Below the pieces are notes generated by a model. It searched no databases. It was not told the origin of the DNA and was given only the letters and a program-made list of their open reading frames with translations. A DNA stretch of 64,000 nucleotides from an uncultured Planctomycetaceae bacterium (GTDB lineage Bacteria > Planctomycetota > Planctomycetia > Planctomycetales > Planctomycetaceae), in assembly GCA_963815195.1 (NCBI GenBank), contig CAWFGE010000010.1:416001-480000 (forward strand), written 5' to 3'. The position numbers and the translations under genes were made by a program. Below, piece by piece: positions 10,335-20,970 of this stretch. The number at the start of each line of letters is the position of its first letter. Positions within the stretch are counted from its first letter, which is position 1.

Positions 10335-11243
10335 CTAACGAAGTTCTTCTTTCACGCCTTCAACCAACTTGGCCACGGTCTGCCTCAAGATCTGCTTACC
10401 GCCGAATTGCATTCCCAGCGCCCGAATCTTTTCCGTGACGATCTGATGCTTGGACTGCTTCGGTTCGCCGAGGATCTCGCTTGTGCTCCGCGAGAGTTCC
10501 TTGGCGATTGTGGCCACGTCGAGTTCCGATACGTACCGGTCATAGCAGTTGTAGGCTTCGCCGGCGATTCCTTCGGCTGTCAATAGAATGCCAACCGCCT
10601 TGGCAACATCGGCCGCGTGGACTTCCTTGCCGCCGCGGGAACATTGGACCGTCTCGCCGCGGACCACCGCCGAGACCATGTCGTACCACTTGCTGTTCTG
10701 GATCGGGTGGGCGATTCCATAAACGCCGGTGGGCCGGAGGGCGCAGATCGGATAGCCTTGGCCCAGGCCGTAGCTGTGCACGAACTTTTCGATGGCCGCC
10801 TTGTGGGCCCCGTAATGGCTCGTCGGCCACAGTGGATGGGTCTCATCGAGCGGGCGGTCGTCGAGAATCTTCTCATGGATGGCGCACGTGGAAATAAAGA
10901 CGAAGCGGCGGACCTTCGCTCTCCGGGCCGCCTCGATCAGTTCCAGCGTGCCGACGACATTTTTCTCGACGAAGTCGATCACATCGCCCTCGGCACCGCG
11001 GAATCCTGCTCCCGGCCGGTCGAGCGCCGCATGCACGACCGCATCGCAGTCTTCCACCAAGGCGTTCGCGCTGTCCCAATCGCCCAGGCCGCCCTCGATC
11101 CATTCGAGGTCGGTGATTTGGTCGAATCCCTCCCGGTTGCTCGACGGCCGATGCCAACAGCGCAGGGAGTGTCCCTGGTCGGCCAGGTGGTTGGCAATGT
11201 AGCGGCCGATGAATCCCGTGGCTCCGGTGAGTGCTACTTTCAT
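10335..11243 (-). CDS. NAD-dependent epimerase/dehydratase
   Basis: TGATGFIG, VVHAA, NVVGT, YGAHK (YxxxK), LRPTGVYG. Confidence 0.92.
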   Translation of the reverse strand: MKVALTGATGFIGRYIANHLADQGHSLRCWHRPSSNREGFDQITDLEWIEGGLGDWDSANALVEDCDAVVHAALDRPGAGFRGAEGDVIDFVEKNVVGTLELIEAARRAKVRRFVFISTCAIHEKILDDRPLDETHPLWPTSHYGAHKAAIEKFVHSYGLGQGYPICALRPTGVYGIAHPIQNSKWYDMVSAVVRGETVQCSRGGKEVHAADVAKAVGILLTAEGIAGEAYNCYDRYVSELDVATIAKELSRSTSEILGEPKQSKHQIVTEKIRALGMQFGGKQILRQTVAKLVEGVKEELR

Positions 11244-11279
11244 CTTGTCTCCCTGCTATGAACTGGCCCGTTATGGAAG

Positions 11280-12667
11280 CTATTTCATCTTCGGATTCTT
11301 CTTTTGGAACTCCTGCCACCATTTCTCAGCCTTCTCTTTGCATCGTTGTTCTTCGCCATCATGGATGGGATAACTCACGGTCGTCGTTCCCCGAAAAATG
11401 GTGTGCCCCGTGATGCTCTCGAAAATCTGCTGGCAGCAATCCCCATAGCGGAGCAGGTAATGCCCTTCCGGCCAATAACTCCGCCAGTGACCTTTACATC
11501 GAGTTGGGCGAGCATCATCGAGGTGCTCGATGAGTTGAGGCACAGCGGCAAGGCCGAGTTTTTGCAATTCGACGGCGGCGTTCGGTGTACGGCTCTTTCG
11601 GGAACCTAAGCAAATGCCGAGTTTACAAACAACGATACAGCGTCCGGGGTCGAAACTTTGCTCAACATCTAGATCCCGCAAATGGTAAAGCCAATAGGCG
11701 ATTTTTTGCTCGGTCGTGAATTTTGCAAATTTCTCCGCATCCGGTTCGGTCCACCGGGCGTCTTCCTCCAGAAGGTTCTTGTAGTGCTTTGCCATCGCCT
11801 TCGCCTCGTCCCGGTATTGGTGGTAGGGGATGCGTGCGATTTTTTCCCATTGCGTCTTGAGTTCCTTACGGGAGGCTCCATTGTTGGCGGACGAAATCGC
11901 CCAGTTGCGGTATCCCGACGCAATTTGACTGGCGACAAAGACGGGCAGCGCAGCCGATTGGTCAAATCCGCCGAGGTAGTGATCCGCATACTTCTTGTAG
12001 GCTTTGAGAGCATGCGAATAAAGGGCCTCGGCATGATCCTTCTGACCGAACTGGTGGGCGAAATGTGCATAGCGGGCGGCATTGACGATGTGGTATGCCA
12101 GGCCGAACCGCCGGTTCACAAAACCGAAAATGCGATCTTCGTTTTTGTCCTGGGGCAGACCGTCTGCGAGGAACTTCTTGCTCTTCGCATTGTAGTCTTC
12201 TTTACGGACGTTCCAGGCGACAGAATGGTCGGCCTCGGAATCCCAGAGCACGGCCCCGTCCTTTTCCTCTTTGAGCTTTGGACGTTTTTCCGCTGGAGCG
12301 GGTTTGCGGAGCGTGTGGACCTCTCCGTACCAATCAAGCAAAAGAATCTCTTTGGGTGCGTCCTCGATGAGCCAGCCTTCCAAGTCCTCGGGCCAATTCG
12401 CCGGACCTATATCGACCGCGACCCACGGTTCGCCTTTGAGCTTGGATCCCCCGGGCAGCGAAAAATCTTGGCCAGCCGGCCAAACTCATCGTCATCTTTA
12501 TCCTCTGCGGACGGCGTCTGTGCCGCCGCGCCAACTCCGAGAAGCATCAGCACCATGCCAACGCAACACACGAGGCGAAGCAAACGAAATGCCAGCTTTG
12601 GTTGTTTCCAAACCGGGGTGTGAAGCGCGGTAATCCGTCGCATGAACATCGCGATTCCTCCAATCAA
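11280..12667 (-). CDS. Hypothetical exported protein (frameshifted near the 5' end)
   Basis: Signal-peptide-like LLRLVCCVGMVLMLLGVGAAA in 12407..12667; 367-aa ORF 11280..12383 with HEAT-like LAAVPQLIEHLDD. Confidence 0.6.
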
Positions 12668-13175
12668 TGAGGCTCTGGCATTCTCTGATCTGATTATCTG
12701 TCGCCCGATCGCTTACCGCAATGGATTTTTGTTTCCGTTGAATGCTGAGAACTTGACACGCCCTTTCGCACGACGTGCCGAATACGTGGAGGCCCGCTCA
12801 CGTGCCTGGGGATCGTTTCCCCAAACTCACCGGCCCCGAGCCGAGATCGCACCAGCTTTGCTGGGCCGAACAGTGGTCACGTGCCGAGGCACCGCGGAGG
12901 ACTTGAGGCCTGCCGCCCATGCCGAGGCCGATACGGACGGCTTGGACTCACTCGCGGCGATCCGGGCCGTCAATGTGCCGACCCCGCCGGATGAGACCGC
13001 AATTCGGCCTTCGCTGAGATTGATGGCCGAAAAGACACGGAGTATTCTCAAGGCAGATCGTTGAGGGAAAAAGAAATTCGCTGATAATCAGAAGACGGAT
13101 TCAGAAGACGGATAGAGAATCCCGCCAACGAGCATCAGCCTTTGTCCACAGGGCGGTTCACAGAGGACGCACCGA

Positions 13176-13520
13176 ATGACCACCCGAATTGACTTGCCGG
13201 CTGACCTGAAACTCTCACTCAGCGAATCCGACTACGACGCGGTGCGTCGCTGGTGGGAATCGCTGACGGCGGAGCAGCAATGCGAATACAGCGATGTCTC
13301 CGAAATGACTCCCGAAGACTTCGAGACACTGCCAGACCTGGAAGACACCGCCCCTGAACCCGAAACTCAGCCATACTACGATTATCTCATCAATCACGAA
13401 CTCAGGCTTGTCGGATTTGTCGATGATGTGGCAGCAAAATCGTCGTATAGGATCATGTCGTCGTACGTTGCGTCATTGGGTTCTGATTATCGTCACGGCA
13501 AACCTGGAACAGTCTGCTAA
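13176..13520 (+). CDS. Hypothetical acidic protein
   Basis: ATG with GAGG RBS; natural-looking composition. Confidence 0.6.
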   Translation: MTTRIDLPADLKLSLSESDYDAVRRWWESLTAEQQCEYSDVSEMTPEDFETLPDLEDTAPEPETQPYYDYLINHELRLVGFVDDVAAKSSYRIMSSYVASLGSDYRHGKPGTVC

Positions 13521-13553
13521 CAAACCGTTGCACTGGGGCTGCGCGGGTTGGCG
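13515..13553. other. Truncated attC-like site
   Basis: tgcTAAC (contains the stop codon)-aaacc-GTTGCAC...tgcgcgg-GTTGGCG imperfect hairpin; shorter than a canonical attC. Confidence 0.35.
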
Positions 13554-14078
13554 AGGGAGAACATCAGCGTGTTGGTCAAGGTGCTCGAAATCCTTCTTTT
13601 CCCATTCGTCCTCTTGATGCGATGTATCGAGGAGATCAGCGGCGAGGGGCGGTGGTACCGACAGCAACGGCGTCGGATGGAGTGCGACCGACCGCCGCTC
13701 CCCGACCCAGAGTTCCTTCATGCTGTGGGCGCGAGGCCGGATGAGCAACGGCTTTGGCTAGCCGTCCGCCGCGCTATGGCGGACGCGGTGGGATTGCCGG
13801 CGGAAGCCGTGCACCCGCAGGACCGACTCGCCGACCTTTGGCGAATGCAATGGCTCGGTCCCGACCTCCTCGATTTGGTATTTCGGTTAGAGAAACAACT
13901 CGACTTCAATATTCCTCGGCAGATGATCGAGCAGTTCACCGGGGGACTGCATTACGGCCAAGCCGGAGATTTCCAGGAGTTCGCACATGGTGTCGTCCGC
14001 GGTCTCCGCGAGTTGAGCAAGGCGTCCATGGCCGAACCTGTCGCTCCGCCAACCGGCGACCACAGCGACGATTCCTGA
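13548..14078 (+). CDS. Hypothetical protein with ACP-like C-terminal segment
   Basis: N-terminal hydrophobic stretch; DRLADLW...PDLLDLVFRLEKQLDFNIP resembles an acyl-carrier-protein pattern without the Ser. Confidence 0.55.
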   Translation: MARENISVLVKVLEILLFPFVLLMRCIEEISGEGRWYRQQRRRMECDRPPLPDPEFLHAVGARPDEQRLWLAVRRAMADAVGLPAEAVHPQDRLADLWRMQWLGPDLLDLVFRLEKQLDFNIPRQMIEQFTGGLHYGQAGDFQEFAHGVVRGLRELSKASMAEPVAPPTGDHSDDS

Positions 14079-14115
14079 AACTTCATACGAAGTCATTTGC
14101 ACGAACGGATCACGA

Positions 14116-15350
14116 TCAGCCCGCAAACGCTTGCCTATTGAACTTCGTGTTGGCCGTGCGGAGGGGAATCGAACAGTCCGTTCCACCGCCGCCGAACTTC
14201 GCCAATCGCTCCGACAGACTCAGGATCGAGTCGGCCGGATCCATGCGGACATCGTAGGCTTGGGTGTCGAACGGAACGATCACGCTGTCCGGGTTCTGGC
14301 GGAGAATCGCCGCGGCGAACAACGCCGCCACATCGACACACCGCATCGTGCTAGTCGCACCGCGACCCCGCCAGCCGGTTGCTGGCATCGACATCGACCC
14401 GGACGTGTCCAGACCGATGACGACCGGCCACGGCACTTCCGGCACATTGCCGCAAGCAATCTCAGCCGCCTGATGCAAAGCGGCCTTGATCTTCTGCGGA
14501 ACCTCAACCGAGGCGTTCAGGTACGCCGCGAGGTACTGGTACGGGAACTGCCGCGAGCGACGGATTTCATCCGCATCCGCCAAACGCTTTGCCACGTAAT
14601 CCACCATCTTCGGCATCCTTCAGAACCTCATGCCGCAGAAGCGTGTTGAGGTTCATTCGCAGGGCCTGGGGCCGCATCTGGCGGGCGATGCCCTTCCAGA
14701 CGATTGGACCCTTGGCCGCGTCCGCCAAGAGATCCCACCGCACCGACAAGTCGCCCAGGATGAGCCCTGCATCTCGGCCGTGTCCGCCTGGCGGTACGCG
14801 ATCAGCGACTGGACCTGCGCCGGCAGGTCGGCCTCCGTGGCGGGAGCCCACTTCTCGGTCTCCTTGTCCGTCAGCCAGCCGAACAGCGCACGCCGCTCGT
14901 TGTCCTTGGGCGTCGGGCGGGCCATCCGCAGCACATCCCGCAGGCTCGGATCGTTTCCGATCGAAGCCGACAAGAGCTTCCCGACCGAAGCCTCGTTCAA
15001 CCACCGCTGGAACGCCCGCTGCAAACTGCACGACAGGCTGGTGGCCGAACTGTCCGAACGGATCATCTGAAACATGTTTCGCAGGACGCGGCCATTATCG
15101 ACGACCCGATCGAACACGCGGTGCAAAATCTCGGTGTCCCGCGTGGACAAAACGACCAACACCGCCGCCGGCATGTCCTTCATGTAAGCTCGCTCGCGGG
15201 CATAAACCGCCAACTTCGCCAGGAAGACGTTGTCGTCCACCTGGTCGATCAGCTTCCGCGTCTCATCCAGTTGGCTCTTGGCACTCGCGTAGAAAACCCC
15301 ATCGAAGCAGCCGGTCGCCGCCATCTGGGCCAGCGCTGCTTCGGCGTGAA
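14116..15350 (-). pseudogene. Internal fragment of TROVE/Ro60-like protein with vWA domain
   Basis: [59 protein letters not shown]; several frameshifts, both ends missing. Confidence 0.85.
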
Positions 15351-15354
15351 CTGG

Positions 15355-15800
15355 TAAGCCCGGCCCCGTGTTCAAAGGATAATTGTGGACCGCCGCCCCG
15401 GCTTGCATAATCACGAACATGTCGCTGGGGCAAAGCAGCAAAGGGATCTCCTGGGCCAAAAAGACGGCATTGTCGTTGGTGTAGCTGTCCGGGTTTTCGT
15501 TCCAGTGAATCTCGTCGTAAACATTCTTGCGGTCGAGGTAAGGCAGCAGATGGGCATACGCCGAAAAACAATGCCCCTGCCCGGCGACCGGATTCACGAT
15601 CCGGCCCGGAGGAAACGCGCGGTGGCTGTCGTGATAATTGTTGAGTGCAATCCCGATTTGCTTGAGATGGTTTTTGCACTCGGCCCGGCGGGCGGCTTCG
15701 CGGGCCTGCTGCACCGCCGGCAACAAGAGCGCCACCAGAATCGCGATGATCGCAATCACCACAAAGAGGCTCGATCAGTGTGAAACCTTTGTGTCCGTAA
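15355..15800 (-). pseudogene. 5' half of DUF1559 prepilin-type protein, fused in frame to the TROVE fragment
   Basis: GFTLIE / [43 protein letters not shown]...CPSD. Confidence 0.85.
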
Positions 15801-16519
15801 CCTTTGTAATAATCGTCAGCCCGGTAAACTTCGCTTTTTTTCGTATTGCGATTGCGTCTGGAGTTTTGGTTCGGAAAACCTCTTTGGGTGGAGACTTCTC
15901 CAATACAAGGAATCGGCAAACACTCTGGGGCAGTGCCCTCGGTAACGACAGTCCCCAAAGGCGACCAATGTGTTGCCGCGGCTGGACTTCGCCGCACTCA
16001 CACTCGCCAAGAAGCCAGCAGGGGGCGCCGTCGACGGGCTACCGGCGGCAGAGGATTGATAATGCCGCCCGACGCAAACGGCTTGGGACGTCGCGGACAT
16101 CTAAAGATATGCCGAAAATGCGCCAAAACCAGTGGTGCCCGTGGCATAGCATTTGGAAAGGTCATTTTTTGCGTCAAAACCCCGCGATTTTCGGCCTGCC
16201 GGCGAGTTTCGCGGGTCCTTTTGTGCCAGTCAGCCCATGAAAAGGGGACCGCGTTGCAGTGCCCTTCTGCTCAAGCGGCTTTGGAAGTGCGGACGCTCGC
16301 ACCGGGGTCCAAACGGCAGATTCCGTCGCCCGTTTTTGAGCATTGAATAGCATCCAGATAACCGAATCGCTTCGTGCGTCTGACGCCTCCGGATGGGTCT
16401 GATTGAAGACCGATCCGGGGGCGTTTTTTGTGCGCTCTCGGAGCGGTCCGGGGGCGGTGTGTTTTTTTGACACGCCGTCCCCGGCGTGGGGACGGCCCTA
16501 ATGAAGGAGGCCCTTTCCC

Positions 16520-17170
16520 ATGAGCCAACTCTCAACGCCTGCAGCCGACTTGAGCGCCACGTCTTCGCTTTCGAAAGCCCCTCCATCGGATGCCGTGTGG
16601 CACGCGACGTTTCTTCCGATGGTCCCCAAGATCAAAGAGCACGCGAGTTACCGCTTCCGCGGCTGGCCCGAGGATGTCCGAGAGGAGGCGATCCAAGAGA
16701 CCCTCGCCAATGCCTGCCAGGCGTATGCCCGGCTCGCCCAACGCGGGGCCACCGACTCCGCCACCTGGAGCAGTCTCGCCAAGTACGCCATCCGGCAAGT
16801 TCGGACGGGGCGGAAGGTGGGCGGCTCGCTCAACGTCCGCGATGTGAGTTCCCGCTATTGCCAACGGCATTACGGTGTCTCAGTCCATAACCTCCATCGC
16901 TGGGATGATGAGAATCAGGAATGGACGGAGATGGTCGTGGAAGACCGCCGGACCACTCCCGCCGACATCGCCGCTCTTCGGATCGACTTTTGGGAGTTCC
17001 TAAAATCCCTCTCACGCCGCCACCGCAAGATCGCGCTCAAGCTCGCCAAGGGATATTCCACATCGGCAGTGGCCAAGATGTTCGAGCTCTCGGCGGCCCG
17101 GATTTCCCAAATCCGCCGGGAGCTCGACGATGCCTGGCAAGCCTTCCACGGCGAGCCGGCCTGCGTCTGA
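16520..17170 (+). CDS. Sigma-70/ECF-like protein, copy 2
   Basis: Paralog of 7375..8025; AAGGAGG RBS. Confidence 0.7.
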   Translation: MSQLSTPAADLSATSSLSKAPPSDAVWHATFLPMVPKIKEHASYRFRGWPEDVREEAIQETLANACQAYARLAQRGATDSATWSSLAKYAIRQVRTGRKVGGSLNVRDVSSRYCQRHYGVSVHNLHRWDDENQEWTEMVVEDRRTTPADIAALRIDFWEFLKSLSRRHRKIALKLAKGYSTSAVAKMFELSAARISQIRRELDDAWQAFHGEPACV

Positions 17171-17259
17171 GCTTTGTCAGCATCTCCCACGCGGTGACCG
17201 ACTTCATCTCACTTCCCCGTTCCGTTCCGGTACGAGCAATCAAGGAGATCCTTTTATTT

Positions 17260-17595
17260 ATGTCGTCCCCTTCCCAAAATGAAACCCATTCTCGAAACGG
17301 CGAGTCTTCAAGCTCTCTGGTCCCCGCCCGTCTTCCCGCGGCAGCTTTGATCTCGGCATTGGAATTCGAGAAGCTCCAACTCGAAGAACGCCGCGAATCA
17401 CTCCGCCGAAAGATGGCGGAGGCGGAGGCAGAACTGGTGTGGCTCACGAGCCGGCAGGCGGAACTCCAAAAGCTCGACGTGTCGCTCGATCGCTTGCTGA
17501 AGTATTTGCACGAGCACGGCTCCAATGAAGAACCGGATAATGCCTCCAATCGCTGCCGAGGTCTCGCGAATGCCGCCGTCGCCGGCACGTTTTGA
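17260..17595 (+). CDS. 111-aa coiled-coil protein, copy 2
   Basis: Paralog of 8114..8449. Confidence 0.75.
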   Translation: MSSPSQNETHSRNGESSSSLVPARLPAAALISALEFEKLQLEERRESLRRKMAEAEAELVWLTSRQAELQKLDVSLDRLLKYLHEHGSNEEPDNASNRCRGLANAAVAGTF

Positions 17596-17706
17596 TCGAG
17601 CCTGTGCCTGTTCTGTGATTCCGATGAAGCGAACGGAATCGCGATCGAGCCCACAATGGGCGCCGCGCTATTCAAGAAAAACGCAAACCGAATGTCCGGC
17701 TCTTGT

Positions 17707-17757
17707 GCTCACGCGCCGGGGACGTGTTTAAAACGTTCCCGGCCTGTGAGCTGTTTT
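17707..17757 (+). terminator. Conserved hairpin downstream of module copy 2
   Basis: gctcacgcgccggggacg / cgttcccggcctgtgagc followed by tgtttt. Confidence 0.6.
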
Positions 17758-17899
17758 GATCAAAAAACTTTCCGGCACCGAGGCCATTTTTTTAGCTCTC
17801 AGACCAAATCCCTGGAAGGCTCCGAAAGCATTCGGCGAGTTCCGGTGTTAGAATGGGGGAAAGAGAAACGACATCCCAACGGATTTTAGCTTGGGGAAT

Positions 17900-18148
17900 A
17901 TGATGAGTCGTCCGTTTCAGGAACTGAACGAGATATTCGAACGAACCAGGACGTGGCCGACGGCGCTGCGGATTCGGCTTGCGCGGCGGTTGCTGGAAAG
18001 CCTCGATACGAGCGTTGTCGAACCGCCCGGCCGCAGATGGCGGGCCGCCGACGCCATCGCCGCCGTCAACAGCCGCCAGCCTGCCCCGGACGATGAGACA
18101 GTGAAGCAATGGATTGAGGAACACCGTATGGAGAAGTACGAGCAATGA
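17900..18148 (+). CDS. Antitoxin-like protein
   Basis: Small ORF overlapping the PIN gene start (ATGA). Confidence 0.7.
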   Translation: MMSRPFQELNEIFERTRTWPTALRIRLARRLLESLDTSVVEPPGRRWRAADAIAAVNSRQPAPDDETVKQWIEEHRMEKYEQ

Positions 18149-18561
18149 ACGTCCTCTTGGACATCAATGTTGTGCTGGACGTGATTTTGAGCCGGCATCC
18201 CTGGGTCGCGGAGGCTTCCTCTGTCTGGAATGCGCACGAAGACGGCAGGCTCAACGCTTGTATCGCGGCGTTCTCGATTCCGACAATTTTCTACGTCGTT
18301 CGCCGCCAGAACGATCTGGCAGCCGCTCATGACGCGGTGCGGATTTGCCTTGAGAAGTTTGAGATCGCGGCTGTGGGCCGCTCGAGTCTGGAATTGGCTC
18401 GTCAACAGAGTCTTTCCGACTACGAGAATGCCTTGCAGATTGCCGTAGCGGTTGAAGCGGGTGCGAACGCGATCGTCACCCGTGATCCGTCTGGTTTCGG
18501 GCAAAGTCCTGTTCCCCCCATCTCGCCCGCGGACCTGCTTAAGCAGATCTCTGGTGCCTGA
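18145..18561 (+). CDS. PIN-domain toxin
   Basis: VLLDINVVLD, TIFY, DYENALQIAVA, IVTRDPSGF. Confidence 0.9.
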   Translation: MNVLLDINVVLDVILSRHPWVAEASSVWNAHEDGRLNACIAAFSIPTIFYVVRRQNDLAAAHDAVRICLEKFEIAAVGRSSLELARQQSLSDYENALQIAVAVEAGANAIVTRDPSGFGQSPVPPISPADLLKQISGA

Positions 18562-18629
18562 CGGAGTGAGGAGAATCTTCCCGAATGGCCAAACGCAAAA
18601 CGTCAAAAGCCACGGGATTACCGGCGGCG

Positions 18630-18805
18630 AAAGCGGGAATGCTCGACGATCCCGCGCTCTTGGCCGATGTGCGGCAGTCGATCCGCCGCCCGAGAACAGA
18701 CGGCACGTGTGGTCCATAGCGGACCCGTGATGATGGACTGGCACATCGGACGCCGGATTCGCCAGGATGGCCTTCAAAACGAGCGTGCGCGGCGCTATCG
18801 CGACA
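18630..18805 (+). pseudogene. 5' remnant of YhcG/DUF1016-like gene
   Basis: LLADVRQSI / TARVVHSGPVMMDWHIGRRIRQDGLQNERA resembles the YhcG N-terminus. Confidence 0.5.
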
Positions 18806-18891
18806 CTGACAGCGGAGTTCTGGGAGAGATGCTCTGATCTGAGGGAGCTTCGCCGATCGCTCCCTCATTGGCAATGCACTTCGTCGCCGCT

Positions 18892-20118
18892 TCATTTGGT
18901 CCCGCAGCACTTTTTGAATTTCTTTCCGCTGCCACAAGGGCAAGGGGCATTGCGGCCCGCCTTGGGGCCAGTGTTGCGAATGATTGTCGCGGGTTCCGCC
19001 GGAACGTCCCATGCGTCCTCCGCAGGCGCGGTTCGCCGGAGTTTTTCGGGCCGCTTCGCCGTGTCTTCCGCATCGACTGCGGAATCCGGCCCGCCCTTTT
19101 CCTGTTCCTGCCTTTCGATCGACCGGCCGTCGGGGGACGGTGCCGCTGCGTTTTCGCTCGCCTGCTCATCGCGGAGGCTCGCCGCTTTTTCCATTTGCCC
19201 CGTCTCTTCATAGAGGCCGGCCAGGCGCTCGACGAGGTGTTGCCGCCGCTCGACATCGGACACGGCGAGGCCGTCTTTTAGAATCCGCTCGGCTTTGGCG
19301 GGGTCCGTTTGATCTTGGGGGGCGAACCGGCTGTAGAGATCGGCCCAACCGATCCATCCGCCACCCCAGCTCGGATCTTCCTGCAACCATTGCGTGTAGA
19401 GTTTGTCCGTCGTGGCATAGTCGCCCAAGTCGGCGTGCGATTCCGCCAGATCGTGCCGGAAGTTGGGAATCAGCCGGGCGTCACGGTCACTCTTCTCGGC
19501 AAGTTCGAGCACCGTCTGGCAAACCGCGATCCGCTCGCGGGCGAGAGCCGGCTCGACGCCGGCGGCCCAATGCAAAGCACCGCTGAAATCCTGGACCCAA
19601 TTGAAAACGCATTGCGTTCCGCCGAATTCCTCATCGAATTCCTCGATCGTCGGAATCGCGAATGTCCGCATCAGCGATCGAATGTCTTGCCACGCGCGAA
19701 GCCAAAGCCGGGCTGTCTCGAGCGGCTCCTTGCGGTTGTAGGCCCCATATCCAGCCTGCATCCGATCGTTGAGCATTTCGAAATTCGGGCGGTCGGGAAA
19801 CCAGCGCTCCCACAAGCACACGAGCGAAATCCAGACCCAGTCCACTTGGTTCTCCGGGATGTCGCGCCCCGGATGGTCTGTGACGGCGACCGACAAGATT
19901 TGAGCCGACGGAAATTTGCGGCTTTGACGGTCGAGCCAATCCCGGTTGACCTCGGTCACTTCCAGCGCATGCAGTTTCTCAAGCAACTCTTCATCCGATA
20001 AAACCCGCCCGTCCGCCAGCGTGCATTTGCCGTTGCTTTTGACCAGCTGCCGATATTCCGCATCCTCGGCGGTGCGCTTCTCGATCAATCGATTCATGGC
20101 GATGTAGGAAACATGCAT
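18892..20118 (-). CDS. SEC-C motif protein
   Basis: C-terminal [19 protein letters not shown]; helical TPR-like body. Confidence 0.88.
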   Translation of the reverse strand: MHVSYIAMNRLIEKRTAEDAEYRQLVKSNGKCTLADGRVLSDEELLEKLHALEVTEVNRDWLDRQSRKFPSAQILSVAVTDHPGRDIPENQVDWVWISLVCLWERWFPDRPNFEMLNDRMQAGYGAYNRKEPLETARLWLRAWQDIRSLMRTFAIPTIEEFDEEFGGTQCVFNWVQDFSGALHWAAGVEPALARERIAVCQTVLELAEKSDRDARLIPNFRHDLAESHADLGDYATTDKLYTQWLQEDPSWGGGWIGWADLYSRFAPQDQTDPAKAERILKDGLAVSDVERRQHLVERLAGLYEETGQMEKAASLRDEQASENAAAPSPDGRSIERQEQEKGGPDSAVDAEDTAKRPEKLRRTAPAEDAWDVPAEPATIIRNTGPKAGRNAPCPCGSGKKFKKCCGTK

Positions 20119-20224
20119 CTCAGCGGCCTCCGTTTCACTCGCTGTGCCCTGGACTCCTTTTTTCCGACGAACCGTGATTATGGCAATTTTCGCCCTCGGT
20201 GTCAGCATGTTGACGCCCAGGCCG

Positions 20225-20419
20225 TGGATCGAGGCGGTCAACCAAGTCGAAGCGCTGATTTATGCCGAAGGCGAAGAAGCTGAGATTCAAGGCGAACGAG
20301 AGGAACAAAAAGCGGTGGGAGAAGGTTCGTTATGGCGAATACGGGCGAGTTTTCATCCAACTGAAGCGGATGGGGCGACCGATGCAGCAGATCGATATCC
20401 AGATCGCCGCCGTCGCTCA
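20225..20419 (+). pseudogene. Deleted duplicate of antitoxin-1 3' end joined to an internal vapC segment
   Basis: Matches ~9415-9493 and ~10047-10131. Confidence 0.8.
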
Positions 20420-20545
20420 CCGCTCGAATTCCGAAGTCAACTGCTCGACGCCCTGCGGCTGGATTTGGACGGCCCGATGATTGGGCACGTCGAACAAAAC
20501 GCTCCACTGGGTATCTCACCGGGTGTCGGGCGCCGACCGGCAACC
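20420..20545 (+). pseudogene. Possible 5' remnant of DISARM DrmA-like helicase
   Basis: PLEFRSQLLDALRLDLDGP ... W/YLTG resembles the DrmA N-terminus. Confidence 0.4.
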
Positions 20546-20624
20546 GAATGTTTTGGCAATCAACAAATACGCGGGCGTAGGAAACCGCGAAATCCGTGAA
20601 TGGAGAACCGGAACGTATCAACGC

Positions 20625-20844
20625 ATGAGTCTTGACGAAGCGCAAGCGACGAGGGCGGATGTCCTCGCTCAGCTTGTCCCGGGCGAAGAAGTATCACGCT
20701 CAACCAGCATCCGGTAACAAAATCGTCCGCCAGCGGCCACCTGCCCCTCAGCGTCCTGAACCGGGGCCGTGCCGGGGAATGATCAGGATCGTGCCCGATG
20801 ACGATGCGCCCACTTAAGAACTTTATGGAGTACATCATTCGCTA
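20625..20844 (+). pseudogene. Degraded Phd/YefM-like antitoxin
   Basis: MSLDEAQA...LVPGEEV...RPEPGPCRGMIRIVPDDD across frames. Confidence 0.55.
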
Positions 20845-20970
20845 ACGCTGTGCGAGATCCGCAACCGAGTGCAGCCTTATGCGGACATGGCAGATACTCA
20901 TAGTGGTTTCTGTGAAATAGAGTATGTATAGTATTCTTGAAGGTTTCGTGTCTCTTCTGGAGAAGCCAGG

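Larger units (their letters stand above)
16073..17841 (+). repeat. Sigma-like module, copy 2
   Basis: Near-identical to copy 1 in the leader and 5' half, and to copy 3 in the 3' half of the sigma-like gene. Confidence 0.95.

Noticed and set aside
13088..13113. 13-bp tandem duplication tcagaagacggat
   Set aside because: Only two units, no spacer; probably slippage
14000..16070. Y RNA or rtcB beside the TROVE fragment
   Set aside because: No tRNA-like or Y-RNA-like sequence or RtcB motif recognised
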